Shown in pieces: positions 1 through 9,278 of a stretch of 11,777 nucleotides of DNA. The DNA comes from a virus: the UHGV virus genome UHGV-1359708; one strand, 5' to 3'. The notes beneath the pieces are model-generated. The model had not been told where the DNA came from, did no database searches, and worked only from the letters and a program-made list of their open reading frames with translations. Position 1 is the stretch's first letter, and each line of letters starts with the position of its first letter. The position numbers were made by a program, and so were the translations under genes.

Positions 1-11
1 GAGGTGAATAA

Positions 12-1430
12 ATGCCGATTCAGCAACTTCCGCTTATGAAAGGTGTCGGCAAAGACTTTCGAAACGCCGACTATATCGACTATCTTCCAGTGAATATGCT
101 GGCTACACCCAAAGAAATCCTCAACAGCAGCGGATATCTTCGCTCATTCCCGGGCATTGCCAAACGTTCTGATGTGAACGGCGTATCGCGCGGCGTCGAG
201 TACAACATGGCGCAGAGTGCTGTTTATCGCGTGTGTGGTGGCAAGTTGTATAAGGGCGAAAGTGAAGTCGGTGATGTTGCAGGAAGTGGTCGCGTATCAA
301 TGGCGCACGGTCGAACATCACAGGCGGTAGGCGTTAATGGTCAACTGGTCGAGTATCGTTATGATGGCACGGTTAAAACAGTCTCAAACTGGCCTACTGA
401 TAGCGGATTCACGCAGTATGAGTTAGGCTCGGTCCGCGACATTACGCGCTTACGTGGGCGTTATGCGTGGTCAAAAGACGGCACTGATTCATGGTTTATA
501 ACTGACCTTGAAGACGAATCGCACCCTGACCGCTACAGCGCACAATATCGCGCAGAATCGCAGCCTGACGGCATCATCGGCATCGGAACATGGCGAGACT
601 TCATCGTTTGCTTTGGTTCATCAACGATTGAATATTTCTCCCTGACTGGTGCAACCACTGTTGGTGCTGCTTTGTATGTCGCACAGCCATCACTGATGGT
701 GCAGAAAGGCATTGCCGGGACTTACTGTAAAACGCCATTCGCTGATTCTTATGCGTTCATCAGCAATCCGGCAACGGGTGCGCCGTCTGTATACATCATC
801 GGCTCCGGTCAGGTGTCACCTATCGCCAGCGCGAGCATTGAGAAAATACTCCGCTCCTACACTGCTGATGAACTGGCTGATGGCGTGATGGAATCGTTGC
901 GGTTTGATGCGCATGAGTTGCTGATTATCCACCTTCCGCGCCACGTCCTCGTGTACGACGCATCTTCAAGCGCCAATGGTCCGCAATGGTGTGTACTGAA
1001 AACTGGCCTGTATGACGATGTGTACCGCGCTATCGACTTCATTTACGAAGGCAATCAGATAACGTGCGGCGATAAGCTGGAGTCCGTGACCGGGAAATTG
1101 CAATTCGACATCAGCAGCCAGTACGACAAGCAACAGGAACACCTGCTGTTTACTCCACTGTTCAAAGCGGATAACGCCAGAGTGTTCGACCTTGAGGTTG
1201 AATCGTCAACTGGCGTTGCGCAGTATGCTGACCGCCTTTTTCTCTCTGCAACCACTGACGGCATCAATTACGGGCGTGAGCAGATGATTGAGCAGAATGA
1301 ACCGTTCGTTTACGACAAACGCGTTTTGTGGAAGCGAGTAGGGCGAATCAGGAAAAATGTCGGCTTCAAATTGCGCGTTATCACGAAGTCACCTGTCACT
1401 CTGTCAGGCTGCCAGATAAGGATTGAGTAA
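12..1430 (+). CDS. Tail hub / head-completion protein, homologue of P22 gp10
   Basis: 472-aa ORF, the same length as P22 gp10 as I recall it. GAGGTGA Shine-Dalgarno at 1-7 precedes the ATG at 12. It sits directly upstream of a gp26-like tail needle gene and shares a TAATG stop/start overlap with it at 1428-1432, matching the P22 late-operon order 4-10-26-14-7-20-16. Assignment rests on synteny and length plus typical coding composition; no search was run. Confidence 0.85.
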   Translation: MPIQQLPLMKGVGKDFRNADYIDYLPVNMLATPKEILNSSGYLRSFPGIAKRSDVNGVSRGVEYNMAQSAVYRVCGGKLYKGESEVGDVAGSGRVSMAHGRTSQAVGVNGQLVEYRYDGTVKTVSNWPTDSGFTQYELGSVRDITRLRGRYAWSKDGTDSWFITDLEDESHPDRYSAQYRAESQPDGIIGIGTWRDFIVCFGSSTIEYFSLTGATTVGAALYVAQPSLMVQKGIAGTYCKTPFADSYAFISNPATGAPSVYIIGSGQVSPIASASIEKILRSYTADELADGVMESLRFDAHELLIIHLPRHVLVYDASSSANGPQWCVLKTGLYDDVYRAIDFIYEGNQITCGDKLESVTGKLQFDISSQYDKQQEHLLFTPLFKADNARVFDLEVESSTGVAQYADRLFLSATTDGINYGREQMIEQNEPFVYDKRVLWKRVGRIRKNVGFKLRVITKSPVTLSGCQIRIE

Positions 1431-2383
1431 TGGCGGATTCGAATCTCAATGTGCCGGTAATCATTCAGGCTACACGGCTCGACACATCAGTCCTTCCACG
1501 CAATATCTTCTCGCAGTCGTATCTGCTTTACGTTATCGCACAGGGCACTGATGTTGGTAACGTGGCTAACAAAGCCAACGAGGCCGGACAGGGCGCTTAT
1601 GATGCACAGGTCAGGAACGATGAGCAGGATGTCACCCTTGCAGACCATGAATCCAGAATTGAAGCTGCTGAAGCAACTCTCATCAATCATGAACATAGAA
1701 TTGCAGCAGCGGAAAGCACTCTTGCAGATCATGAAACAAGGATTACGGCTGCTGAAACAGAGCTGGCTGATCACGAGACGCGAATTGCTGCCAATGAATC
1801 TGAGTTAGCAAACCATGATGCGCGCATAACTCAGAATACAACCGATATCGACGCACTTGATACCAGGCTCACAGCGGCAGAGGGAAGTATTTCGACGCTA
1901 CAAAGCACAGTTGGTGATCACTCAACAAGAATATCTGCGCTTGAGTATGCCACCACGCGCAAGAAATCAGAGGTTGTTTACTCAGGGGTATCGGTAACAA
2001 TTCCGACATCGCCTACCAACCTTGTTAGCCTGCTGAAAACGCTCACGCCGTCATCCGGTGAGTTGGCACCATTCTTCGACACCGTTAACAACAAGATGGT
2101 TGTGTTCAACGAGAACAAAACCTTGTTCTTCAAGCTGTCGATCGTCGGGACGTGGCCCAGCGGAACCGCCAACAGGTCAATGCAGCTAACATTTTCCGGT
2201 TCTGTTCCTGACACACTGGTAAGCAGTCGTAATGCGGCGACAACAACCGACAACATCCTGTTAGCTACGTTCTTCAGTGTGGATAAAGACGGCTTTCTTG
2301 CCACAAATGGCAGTACGTTAACCATTCAGTCGAATGGTGCGGCGTTTACTGCCACAACCATCAAGATAATCGCGGAGCAGTAA
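1430..2383 (+). CDS. Tail needle (cell-envelope-penetrating needle), P22 gp26 family, with C-terminal extension
   Basis: The N-terminus [43 protein letters not shown]...[26 protein letters not shown] closely matches the conserved gp26 N-terminal domain as I remember it. It is followed by two-heptad repeats ADHExRIxAAExxL typical of the trimeric coiled coil. At 317 aa it is longer than P22 gp26 (about 233 aa), with a C-terminal Ser/Thr/Asn-rich segment of about 140 aa consistent with a knob domain as in Sf6/HK620-type needles. Confidence 0.9.
   Translation: MADSNLNVPVIIQATRLDTSVLPRNIFSQSYLLYVIAQGTDVGNVANKANEAGQGAYDAQVRNDEQDVTLADHESRIEAAEATLINHEHRIAAAESTLADHETRITAAETELADHETRIAANESELANHDARITQNTTDIDALDTRLTAAEGSISTLQSTVGDHSTRISALEYATTRKKSEVVYSGVSVTIPTSPTNLVSLLKTLTPSSGELAPFFDTVNNKMVVFNENKTLFFKLSIVGTWPSGTANRSMQLTFSGSVPDTLVSSRNAATTTDNILLATFFSVDKDGFLATNGSTLTIQSNGAAFTATTIKIIAEQ
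1640..1807 (+). repeat. Four tandem 42-nt (14-codon) repeats encoding [A/I][D/N]HExRIxAAExxL inside the tail-needle gene, plus a degenerate fifth copy downstream
   Basis: Direct reading of codons: [14 protein letters not shown] / [14 protein letters not shown] / [14 protein letters not shown] / [14 protein letters not shown], then [10 protein letters not shown]. The repeats are conserved at protein level with many synonymous and near-synonymous nucleotide differences. Confidence 0.8.
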
Positions 2384-2838
2384 TGATTCAGTTCAAACCA
2401 ACGCGAAACATCGACCTGATCGAAGCAGTAGGAAATCACCCTGACATTATCGCCGGGAGCAACAACGGTGATGGATACGACTACAAACCTGATTGCCGTT
2501 ACTTTGAGGTGAACGTGCACGGGCAGTTCGGCGGCATTGTTTACTATCAGGAGATTCAGCCGCTGACATTCGATTGCCACGCCATGTACCTGCCAGAGAT
2601 TCGCGGCTTCAGCAAGGAAATCGGGCTTGAGTTCTGGCGATACATTCTGACTAACACCACTGTTCAGTGTGTCACATCGTTCGCTGCGCGCAAATTCCGC
2701 CACGGGCAGATGTACTGCGCAATGATTGGACTTAAGCGTGTAGGAACCATCAAGAAATACTTCAAAGGCGTGGATGACGTGACATTTTACAGTGCTACAC
2801 GCGAAGAACTAATCGAATTCCTGAATCACTGGAGATAG
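2383..2838 (+). CDS. Small virion-assembly protein in the position of P22 gp14 (function unknown)
   Basis: 151-aa ORF, translationally coupled to the needle gene by a TAATG overlap at 2381-2385. It lies between the tail needle and the first ejection-protein gene, which is the position of gene 14 in P22-like genomes. Assignment is by synteny only. Confidence 0.55.
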   Translation: MIQFKPTRNIDLIEAVGNHPDIIAGSNNGDGYDYKPDCRYFEVNVHGQFGGIVYYQEIQPLTFDCHAMYLPEIRGFSKEIGLEFWRYILTNTTVQCVTSFAARKFRHGQMYCAMIGLKRVGTIKKYFKGVDDVTFYSATREELIEFLNHWR

Positions 2839-2840
2839 CC

Positions 2841-3536
2841 ATGTTATATGCATTTAAGCTGGGCAGAAAACTGCGCGGCGAGGAACCTTATTGCCCTGAA
2901 AAAGGCGGGAAAGGTGGCAGTTCTGATAAAAGCGCAAAGTATGCAGCAGAAGCTCAGAAGTATGCCGCAGACCTGCAAAATCAGCAGTTCAACACCATCA
3001 TGAACAACCTGAAACCGTTTACTCCTCTGGCTGAGAAGTATGTCGGCAGCCTCGAGAACTTATCGTCTCTGGAGGGGCAAGGTCAGGCACTTAACCAGTA
3101 TTACAACTCTCAGCAGTACAAAGATCTTGCTGGTCAGGCTCGCTATCAGAGTCTGGCTGCAGCGGAAGCAACAGGTGGATTGGGTTCCACTGCAACCGGT
3201 AATCAGTTAGCAACAATCGCACCAACGCTTGGTCAGCAGTGGCTGTCTGGTCAGATGAACAACTACCAGAATCTGGCAAATATTGGTCTTGGCGCACTGC
3301 AAGGTCAGGCAAACGCCGGGCAGACATATGCCAACAACATGAGTCAGATTTCGCAGCAAAGTGCGGCTCTTGCCGCTGCTAATGCCAATAAACCATCAGG
3401 TCTTCAGACAGCAATTAGCGGCGGAGCTTCAGGGGCTATGACTGGCGCTGCTCTTGGCTCTATTGTTCCCGGACTTGGCACTGGATTAGGTGCGGCAATT
3501 GGCGGCGGACTTGGCCTGCTTGGATCGTTGTTTTAA
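2841..3536 (+). CDS. Ejection (internal virion) protein, P22 gp7-like
   Basis: 231 aa (P22 gp7 is about 229 aa). GGAGA Shine-Dalgarno at 2830-2834. Gln/Asn/Ala-rich body with a Gly-rich hydrophobic C-terminal tail (GAAIGGGLGLLGSLF) compatible with membrane insertion. It is the first of three consecutive genes matching the P22 7-20-16 ejection-protein order. Confidence 0.8.
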   Translation: MLYAFKLGRKLRGEEPYCPEKGGKGGSSDKSAKYAAEAQKYAADLQNQQFNTIMNNLKPFTPLAEKYVGSLENLSSLEGQGQALNQYYNSQQYKDLAGQARYQSLAAAEATGGLGSTATGNQLATIAPTLGQQWLSGQMNNYQNLANIGLGALQGQANAGQTYANNMSQISQQSAALAAANANKPSGLQTAISGGASGAMTGAALGSIVPGLGTGLGAAIGGGLGLLGSLF

Positions 3537-3545
3537 GGGGTAATC

Positions 3546-4934
3546 ATGGCTACTTGGCAAGGAACAAATGGCGGATTGTTGGCTGGTATCGGTGGCGTCA
3601 ACTCAAACGCTCCGAGCGTAAATGACATCGGCAATACGCTTCAGCTTATCAGGCAGAACAATGATATTGAGCGTTCAGGCGCTAACAATGTTGGGCTGAC
3701 TGCTTTGCAAGGCCTTTCAGGTATTGCGGGGGTGTTTCAGCAGGAAAAGCAGGCTCAGCGGCAGAAAGAATTTCAGCAGGCATACGCTAATGCTTATGCG
3801 TCTGGTGATCGCGGTGCTTTGCGTCAGTTGGCTACTCAATATCCAGACCAGATTGAATCTGTTCGTAAAGGCATGGGATTCATTGATGAAGACCAGCGCA
3901 ATTCTATCGGCACCTTAGCGGCTGGCGCCCGTCTTGCATCATCGTCTCCAGAAGCAATGCAATCATGGCTGCAAAACAACGCCAAGGAACTGACTCGCGT
4001 CGGTGTTGACCCTAATAACGTTGCTCAGATGTATCAGCAGAACCCTTCAGGATTTGGTGAGTTTGTTGATCACCTTGGAATGGCTGCTCTTGGTCCGATT
4101 GATTACTTCAATGTTCAGGACAAGATGGCTGGTCGTGAGATTGATCGCGGAAAACTTGCAGAGACAATCCGCAGCAATCAGGCTGGCGAGGCGCTAACAG
4201 CACGAGGCCAGAACATCACGATGCGCGGTCAGGACTTATCTGCTTCTACTGCGCGACGCGGGCAGGATTTGGCAATGCAGCGAGCGTCAACAAGAGGAAC
4301 TGCTGGGAATGATGAGCGTACAGTTCAGTTATCAGATGGCAGAACTGTAACGGTAGGCGGGAAACTTCACGGCGCTGGGGCTAATGCGTTCTACGAAGGC
4401 ATCGACAACGAGGGGAATATGGTTCGCGTTCCTGCCAGTTCAATCGCAGCGCCTGCAACATCGTCTGCATCAGCACAAAACTATGCCATGAAGAAGGATA
4501 TCGACGCGATCGCAAATGCAGACGCTTCTGCTCTCGATTTCATGACAGGAATGACAGGCGGTGCAGGTAATCCAGCAATTGGTGCTGATGTTCGCAGCCG
4601 ATTAACAGGAAAAGAGCAGCGCCAGTTATATAACTCAGCACAACGTATTCAGGGCAGAATGCAGAATCAGGGTGTGGCGGCAGCAAGGGATATGGGTGCC
4701 AGTGGTATTAACACCGTTGCAGAAGCGAAGATGTATTTTCAGGGGATGCCGCAGGTTGACTATTCAAGCCCGGAGGCTATGCAGCAGTCGATTCGTGAGA
4801 TTCAGGAATACACCAACAATTACAATCAACAATATAACGTTGATGTTGGTAAATCTCAGCGGCAGAAATCTCAACCTGCACAGGTATCACAGCCAGCAGC
4901 CAGCAGTAACTTTTCTTCACTATGGGGTGATTAA
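3546..4934 (+). CDS. Ejection (internal virion) protein, P22 gp20-like
   Basis: 462 aa (P22 gp20 is about 471 aa). AAGGGG Shine-Dalgarno at 3536-3541. Second gene of the ejection-protein triplet; Gly/Ala/Gln-rich composition typical of these proteins. Confidence 0.8.
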   Translation: MATWQGTNGGLLAGIGGVNSNAPSVNDIGNTLQLIRQNNDIERSGANNVGLTALQGLSGIAGVFQQEKQAQRQKEFQQAYANAYASGDRGALRQLATQYPDQIESVRKGMGFIDEDQRNSIGTLAAGARLASSSPEAMQSWLQNNAKELTRVGVDPNNVAQMYQQNPSGFGEFVDHLGMAALGPIDYFNVQDKMAGREIDRGKLAETIRSNQAGEALTARGQNITMRGQDLSASTARRGQDLAMQRASTRGTAGNDERTVQLSDGRTVTVGGKLHGAGANAFYEGIDNEGNMVRVPASSIAAPATSSASAQNYAMKKDIDAIANADASALDFMTGMTGGAGNPAIGADVRSRLTGKEQRQLYNSAQRIQGRMQNQGVAAARDMGASGINTVAEAKMYFQGMPQVDYSSPEAMQQSIREIQEYTNNYNQQYNVDVGKSQRQKSQPAQVSQPAASSNFSSLWGD

Positions 4935-6931
4935 TGGCTAAAGCATGGAAAGATGTTATCGCCTCTCCACAGTATCAGGCGTTAGCACCAGAACAAAAAG
5001 CGCAGGCTCAGGAGCAATACTTCAATGAAGTCGTGGCCCCGCAAGCCGGAGAAAATGCAGAGCAGGCTAAGCAAGCTTTCTATGCTGCCTATCCATTGCC
5101 ATCTGTGCAGCCAGTGGAGACACAGCAACCAGTAGCACAGCAACAACCACAGCAAAGTGGATTTATGTCTGATCTTGGTGAAGCAGTGAAAGAGACTGGT
5201 CGCGGACTGGTGCAGGCTGGCGTGAACGTGGCAAACATACCTGCATCAGTTGCCGATGCTGTAACAAGCGCGGCGGCTTGGGCTGGCGGTAAACTCGGCA
5301 TTAGCGATGGTACATATCAACCAGCGCCACGAGTAACAACGCAGGGATTAGAGCAGGACTTTGGCCTTCAGCAAGGCGCGCTGACTCCACAAACTACAGA
5401 GGGAAGGGTATTTGCTGAAGCATTGCCTTACCTCACTCCTGCTGGCGTTGAGAGGGCGGCTGCACAGGCACCAACACTTGCTGGTCGAATTGCTCAGGGG
5501 GCAACTCGCCTTCTAGCAGAAAACGCAGTTGGATCACTTGCTGCAAATAGTGCGAAAGATGATGCGGAAGCACTCGCCACTGATTTAGGCGTTGGTGTAC
5601 TTGCTGGCGGTGCTATTAACGCTGCCGGACGTGGATTAGGTGCTGCTTATCGTGGCGTTCGTGGTGCTATTGCGCCAGAAGCGCAGCAGGCTATCAGATT
5701 TGCAGAGCGTGAAGGAGTTCCTCTGCACACCACAGACCTGTTACAACCAACTTCCCGCGTCGGAAAAATGGCGCAGACTACAGCAGAAAATATCCCTCTG
5801 GCTGGCACAAGCGGAATGAGAGCAACGCAACAGGAAGCGAGAAGTCAGTTGGTGCAGAGATTTGCTGATAAATTTGGTGAGTATGATCCAGCGGTTGTTA
5901 TTGACAGCCTTAAAGCGAAAACATCAGGAATTCGTCGTGCCGCCGGTAATCGACTGGAGCAGGTTCAGAATGCTATGGCTGGAGTAAACATTCAGCCTGC
6001 ACGAGCAATTCAGCAGATTGATACTGAGATATCTAATCTGCAGAAGCTTGGTAAGGTGGCTGATAACGAGACAATTTCAAAACTTCAGTCCTATCGTGAT
6101 GAGCTTGTTCGCAATGCTGGTCCTGATGGTCCGGTAAATCTGGATTTGAAGCAATTAAGCGATCTGCGCAGCCAGTTCAGAATGGACGTGAAGGGTGAGC
6201 GACCAGTGTTACCAAACCGTTCCGATGCTGCCATTCAGCGCGTTTACAAGGCAATGACCGACGATATCAATGGTGCCATTGGTCAGAATCTTGGCAACGA
6301 TACTCTCCGTAAATATCAGCAGGCCAATGCCGTCTACGCTGACGAAGCGGCTAAACTAAAGAATACCAGGCTGAAGAATGTTCTCATGAAAGGCGATCTG
6401 ACGCCGGAAGTTGTCAACAACATGCTATTCAGCAAGAACAAATCGGAAATTAAGACTCTGTATAACTCAGTTGGTCGTGTTGGCAGGGCGCAAATGCGCA
6501 ATGGCATTATTGGAAAGGCGATGGAGAAATCTGGAGGATCCCCTGACCAGTTCCTTCGGCAGCTTAACATCCTGCAAAACCAGACTGGCATCACATTTAA
6601 GGGGCAGGACGCTGCTTATCTGAAAGGATTGAAAAACTACCTGCAATCCACGCAGCAGGCTGCAAAAGCGGCAGTAACAACACCAACAGGGCAGCAAACC
6701 ATCCCGTTCATTATCGGGTATGGGACGGCAATGAACCCTGCAACAACTGGCGCAGCAGTAAGCTACGGACTTCTTACTCGCGCCTATGAGAGCGAGCCAT
6801 TCAGAAATGCAATGCTCAGAATGGCAAGCACACCACGCGGATCAACAGCGTTTGAGAAAGCCATGCAGCAGGCGCAAAAGGCCATTAACGCCCTGACTCA
6901 GGGGGCCAAGTCTGATGCGTTGTCAGAATAG
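4934..6931 (+). CDS. Ejection (internal virion) protein, P22 gp16-like
   Basis: 665 aa. TAATG stop/start overlap with the preceding gene at 4932-4936. Third and largest of the ejection-protein triplet (P22 gp16 is about 609 aa). Gln/Pro-rich low-complexity segment near the N-terminus (QQPVAQQQPQQSG) and Ala/Gly-rich central region. Confidence 0.8.
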   Translation: MAKAWKDVIASPQYQALAPEQKAQAQEQYFNEVVAPQAGENAEQAKQAFYAAYPLPSVQPVETQQPVAQQQPQQSGFMSDLGEAVKETGRGLVQAGVNVANIPASVADAVTSAAAWAGGKLGISDGTYQPAPRVTTQGLEQDFGLQQGALTPQTTEGRVFAEALPYLTPAGVERAAAQAPTLAGRIAQGATRLLAENAVGSLAANSAKDDAEALATDLGVGVLAGGAINAAGRGLGAAYRGVRGAIAPEAQQAIRFAEREGVPLHTTDLLQPTSRVGKMAQTTAENIPLAGTSGMRATQQEARSQLVQRFADKFGEYDPAVVIDSLKAKTSGIRRAAGNRLEQVQNAMAGVNIQPARAIQQIDTEISNLQKLGKVADNETISKLQSYRDELVRNAGPDGPVNLDLKQLSDLRSQFRMDVKGERPVLPNRSDAAIQRVYKAMTDDINGAIGQNLGNDTLRKYQQANAVYADEAAKLKNTRLKNVLMKGDLTPEVVNNMLFSKNKSEIKTLYNSVGRVGRAQMRNGIIGKAMEKSGGSPDQFLRQLNILQNQTGITFKGQDAAYLKGLKNYLQSTQQAAKAAVTTPTGQQTIPFIIGYGTAMNPATTGAAVSYGLLTRAYESEPFRNAMLRMASTPRGSTAFEKAMQQAQKAINALTQGAKSDALSE

Positions 6932-7040
6932 CTTCGCAAACACCAGGAACGTGCAAAAACCAACTATGTAGAACGCAATGTTCAACAGATCTCTTTGCAT
7001 AGACTCACCTCATAATTAACAAATCATAACTGACATTAGT

Positions 7041-7076
7041 GCAATGCCGGACAGGTTGCATCTTGTCCGGAATTGC
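7041..7076 (+). promoter_or_regulatory. Interrupted inverted repeat / RNA hairpin upstream of the tailspike gene
   Basis: GCAAT-g-CCGGACA (7041-7053), 10-nt loop, TGTCCGG-a-ATTGC (7064-7076). There is no downstream T-tract, so it is not a classical intrinsic terminator. A third TCCGGA copy at 7081-7086 overlaps the tailspike Shine-Dalgarno (GGAG at 7084-7087), so alternative pairing could occlude the ribosome-binding site. Confidence 0.4.
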
Positions 7077-7095
7077 TACGTCCGGAGCAAATTAA

Positions 7096-9276
7096 ATGAC
7101 AGACATTATAACTAATGTTGTAATTGGGATGCCTTCGCAACTCTTCACTATGGCTCGTTCTTTTAAAGCCGTAGCCAATGGCAAAATTTATATCGGTAAA
7201 ATTGACACGGACCCGGTAAATCCTGAAAACCAAATTCAGGTTTATGTGGAGAACGAAGACGGATCTCACATTCCCGTTTCGCAACCAATAATTATTAACG
7301 CTGCTGGCTACCCTGTATATAACGGACAGATTGCTAAGTTCGTAACCGTGCAAGGGCATTCTATGGCTGTGTACGATGCATATGGATCACAGCAGTTCAA
7401 TTTCCCTAATGTGCTGAAGTACGATCCAGATCAGTTATCAGTCATGTTAAATCTATCTTGGCTTCGAGGAATGAATGGATTTTTAGGTGGTGAGGTTTAT
7501 CCTAATAAAATTGGAATTGATGCAAAAATAGGAGACTTAATTCCCGAAGGTGTAAGATTCGTTAGGCTTGATGGCGCCCTTATGATGATGAGCACACCAT
7601 TATCATCACCATTGACAATTACCAGTTATGACTCAACTGTAATTAATGATAATATTGAACTTTACCCAATATCATTTTTTAATGAGGTTAATTCTGGTTG
7701 GAAAATTGCACAAAATGACGCTCAACTTAGTAGACTACTTCCACTATCTGGAAATATCGGGATCGCTTACTCTCCCGTAACTGTAGAAGGTATATTTAAT
7801 ATTCAGGGAGACATCCTCATAAAGCCGTTATTGCCAAAAGTGACGGTAGATTCCAGACAATTATGGCTCAGATCCCCACGGACATGGAACGAATCAAATC
7901 AAGAGTTTGACTATACTCCATATGATATACGCATTGTCGGTAATTTCTTGTTTGATTTTTATCGGCAGAATGCTTCATTTGACCCAGGGGTTGGTTTGGC
8001 CATGCAATCTGCAGGTACACTTGAGCTTTCAGGGTGTGAATTGCAGGGGGCATGGAATAGCAACGTAACGATGGATTATGGGAGATGGGTTCTTGCCGAT
8101 AATCTGTACTCACATGATTGTGGTCGTGGGAAAATTCAAGATCCAGATGGCAGCAACCGAACTGGCATGGCGATCATTGTTAATGACCCCACAGAGGCGC
8201 ACGTCCATCATATCCGTTGCAGAAACACTTGGGCATCATCTTTGTTCTTCTCATCACGTCGCCCAAACCGTACGCTTAATCTTATGATTCACGATGTGAG
8301 CATTAATACCTCTGGTGGTAACGGTTTGCGTATTCAGTCAGACGACCTTGTGAACGGTTATGGTGATGGCACAGCTATCACAAGAGTTAACATAAACGCC
8401 GTTACAATCAAAAACTGTGAAAGCCACGGTCTTCGAGGGAATTTCCGTAATGGAGTAGTTACTGGACTATATGTAGAAAGTTCGAACGCAGGTGTCGCAA
8501 TTGAAGGAGCTAGTGACGTATCCTACGATAACGTTGTTATTCGTAACTGCTCGCAGGGTTTGTTATGCCGCTTCTATCCGGTAGAAAACACAAGGATGCG
8601 TTTTTCTAACTTCTTGATATCAGGTTGCTCTGCTGAAGCTGTTTATTTTTTGAGAAACTCAGCCAATACCACGACTAATCTTGCCGACATCGAGTTTGAC
8701 GGCATTACGATACACGCACTTGCAAATGGTGCAAAAGGGTTTGTTTTCAACGGTGGGCCTGCTGCGGTGCCAACCACAGATTTAACATTAAAAAATGTTC
8801 GCATAGTAGGCGCTTACCCTAACACAGAAAATGGGCATTATATCGTCATCATTAACTGCCGCCACATAGAGGTTGATAATGTGAACTTGAGGGGGTGCAA
8901 TGGAAGCGCAGAATCTTATTTACAAGCACTAGCCACACAGAGTGTTATTGTTAACAGGCTGGTAGCTGTGCAACCATTCGGGACAGTTAACAGGCCAATA
9001 TATACAAATGGTAGTGGTTCTGACGCTATAGTGAACATTACGAACTGTGTGGCCCCTGACACAACCACAGGTAGTATTGGGTACAACCCTGTACCAACAA
9101 AACGTTATGAGGCTAACAACCAGTTTGCCAATAGCTCACAACCTCAGCAGTATCCATTTACCAATTCCGGTGCGTTACGCGGTGGAGACGTAAACACCCT
9201 ATCTACTAAGGATATTGCTAACATAGTGGCAACACTAGTTAACGACATTAGCAATGGCAAATTTGTTGTAAGGTGA
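7096..9276 (+). CDS. Tailspike protein: P22-type head-binding N-terminal domain fused to a divergent parallel beta-helix receptor-binding/depolymerase domain
   Basis: The first roughly 114 residues ([50 protein letters not shown]...[29 protein letters not shown].....NVLKYDPDQ) match the conserved P22 gp9 head-binding domain as I recall it. The remaining roughly 610 residues are unrelated to P22 and show repetitive N/G/V/I-rich beta-helix-like strands (for example [63 protein letters not shown]). GGAG Shine-Dalgarno at 7084-7087. Confidence 0.9.
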   Translation: MTDIITNVVIGMPSQLFTMARSFKAVANGKIYIGKIDTDPVNPENQIQVYVENEDGSHIPVSQPIIINAAGYPVYNGQIAKFVTVQGHSMAVYDAYGSQQFNFPNVLKYDPDQLSVMLNLSWLRGMNGFLGGEVYPNKIGIDAKIGDLIPEGVRFVRLDGALMMMSTPLSSPLTITSYDSTVINDNIELYPISFFNEVNSGWKIAQNDAQLSRLLPLSGNIGIAYSPVTVEGIFNIQGDILIKPLLPKVTVDSRQLWLRSPRTWNESNQEFDYTPYDIRIVGNFLFDFYRQNASFDPGVGLAMQSAGTLELSGCELQGAWNSNVTMDYGRWVLADNLYSHDCGRGKIQDPDGSNRTGMAIIVNDPTEAHVHHIRCRNTWASSLFFSSRRPNRTLNLMIHDVSINTSGGNGLRIQSDDLVNGYGDGTAITRVNINAVTIKNCESHGLRGNFRNGVVTGLYVESSNAGVAIEGASDVSYDNVVIRNCSQGLLCRFYPVENTRMRFSNFLISGCSAEAVYFLRNSANTTTNLADIEFDGITIHALANGAKGFVFNGGPAAVPTTDLTLKNVRIVGAYPNTENGHYIVIINCRHIEVDNVNLRGCNGSAESYLQALATQSVIVNRLVAVQPFGTVNRPIYTNGSGSDAIVNITNCVAPDTTTGSIGYNPVPTKRYEANNQFANSSQPQQYPFTNSGALRGGDVNTLSTKDIANIVATLVNDISNGKFVVR

Positions 9277-9278
9277 CT

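Noticed and set aside
6961-7040. Sigma-70-like promoter for the tailspike (TTGCAT at about 6986-6991 with downstream AT-rich hexamers)
   Set aside because: Spacing between the best -35-like and -10-like hexamers is wrong (about 12 or more than 18 nt) for every pairing tried; it is too weak to call without transcript mapping.
7041-7076. Rho-independent terminator between the gp16-like gene and the tailspike
   Set aside because: The hairpin is present, but it is followed by AATTGCTACG and not a U-tract, and the tailspike must be expressed from upstream late transcription; it is treated as a regulatory or structural element instead.
6932-7095. Immunity I region (sieA / mnt / arc / ant) expected here by analogy with P22
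   Set aside because: The interval is only 164 bp and contains no ORF of useful length; this phage lacks immI at this position, as several P22-like phages do.
121-8287. Numerous 60-125 aa ORFs embedded in or antisense to the large structural genes (for example 121-321 -, 857-1042 -, 1055-1267 -, 1487-1774 -, 1551-1808 +, 1978-2325 -, 2326-2703 -, 3091-3327 -, 3724-3918 +, 4003-4197 +, 4672-4941 +, 5089-5301 -, 6334-6594 -, 6411-6623 +, 6467-6697 -, 7036-7359 -, 7868-8113 -, 8078-8287 +)
   Set aside because: All lie entirely within longer, syntenic, well-supported genes on the same or opposite strand. They have Cys/Arg/Ser-rich or otherwise atypical composition, no convincing ribosome-binding sites, and are the expected shadow ORFs of coding sequence.
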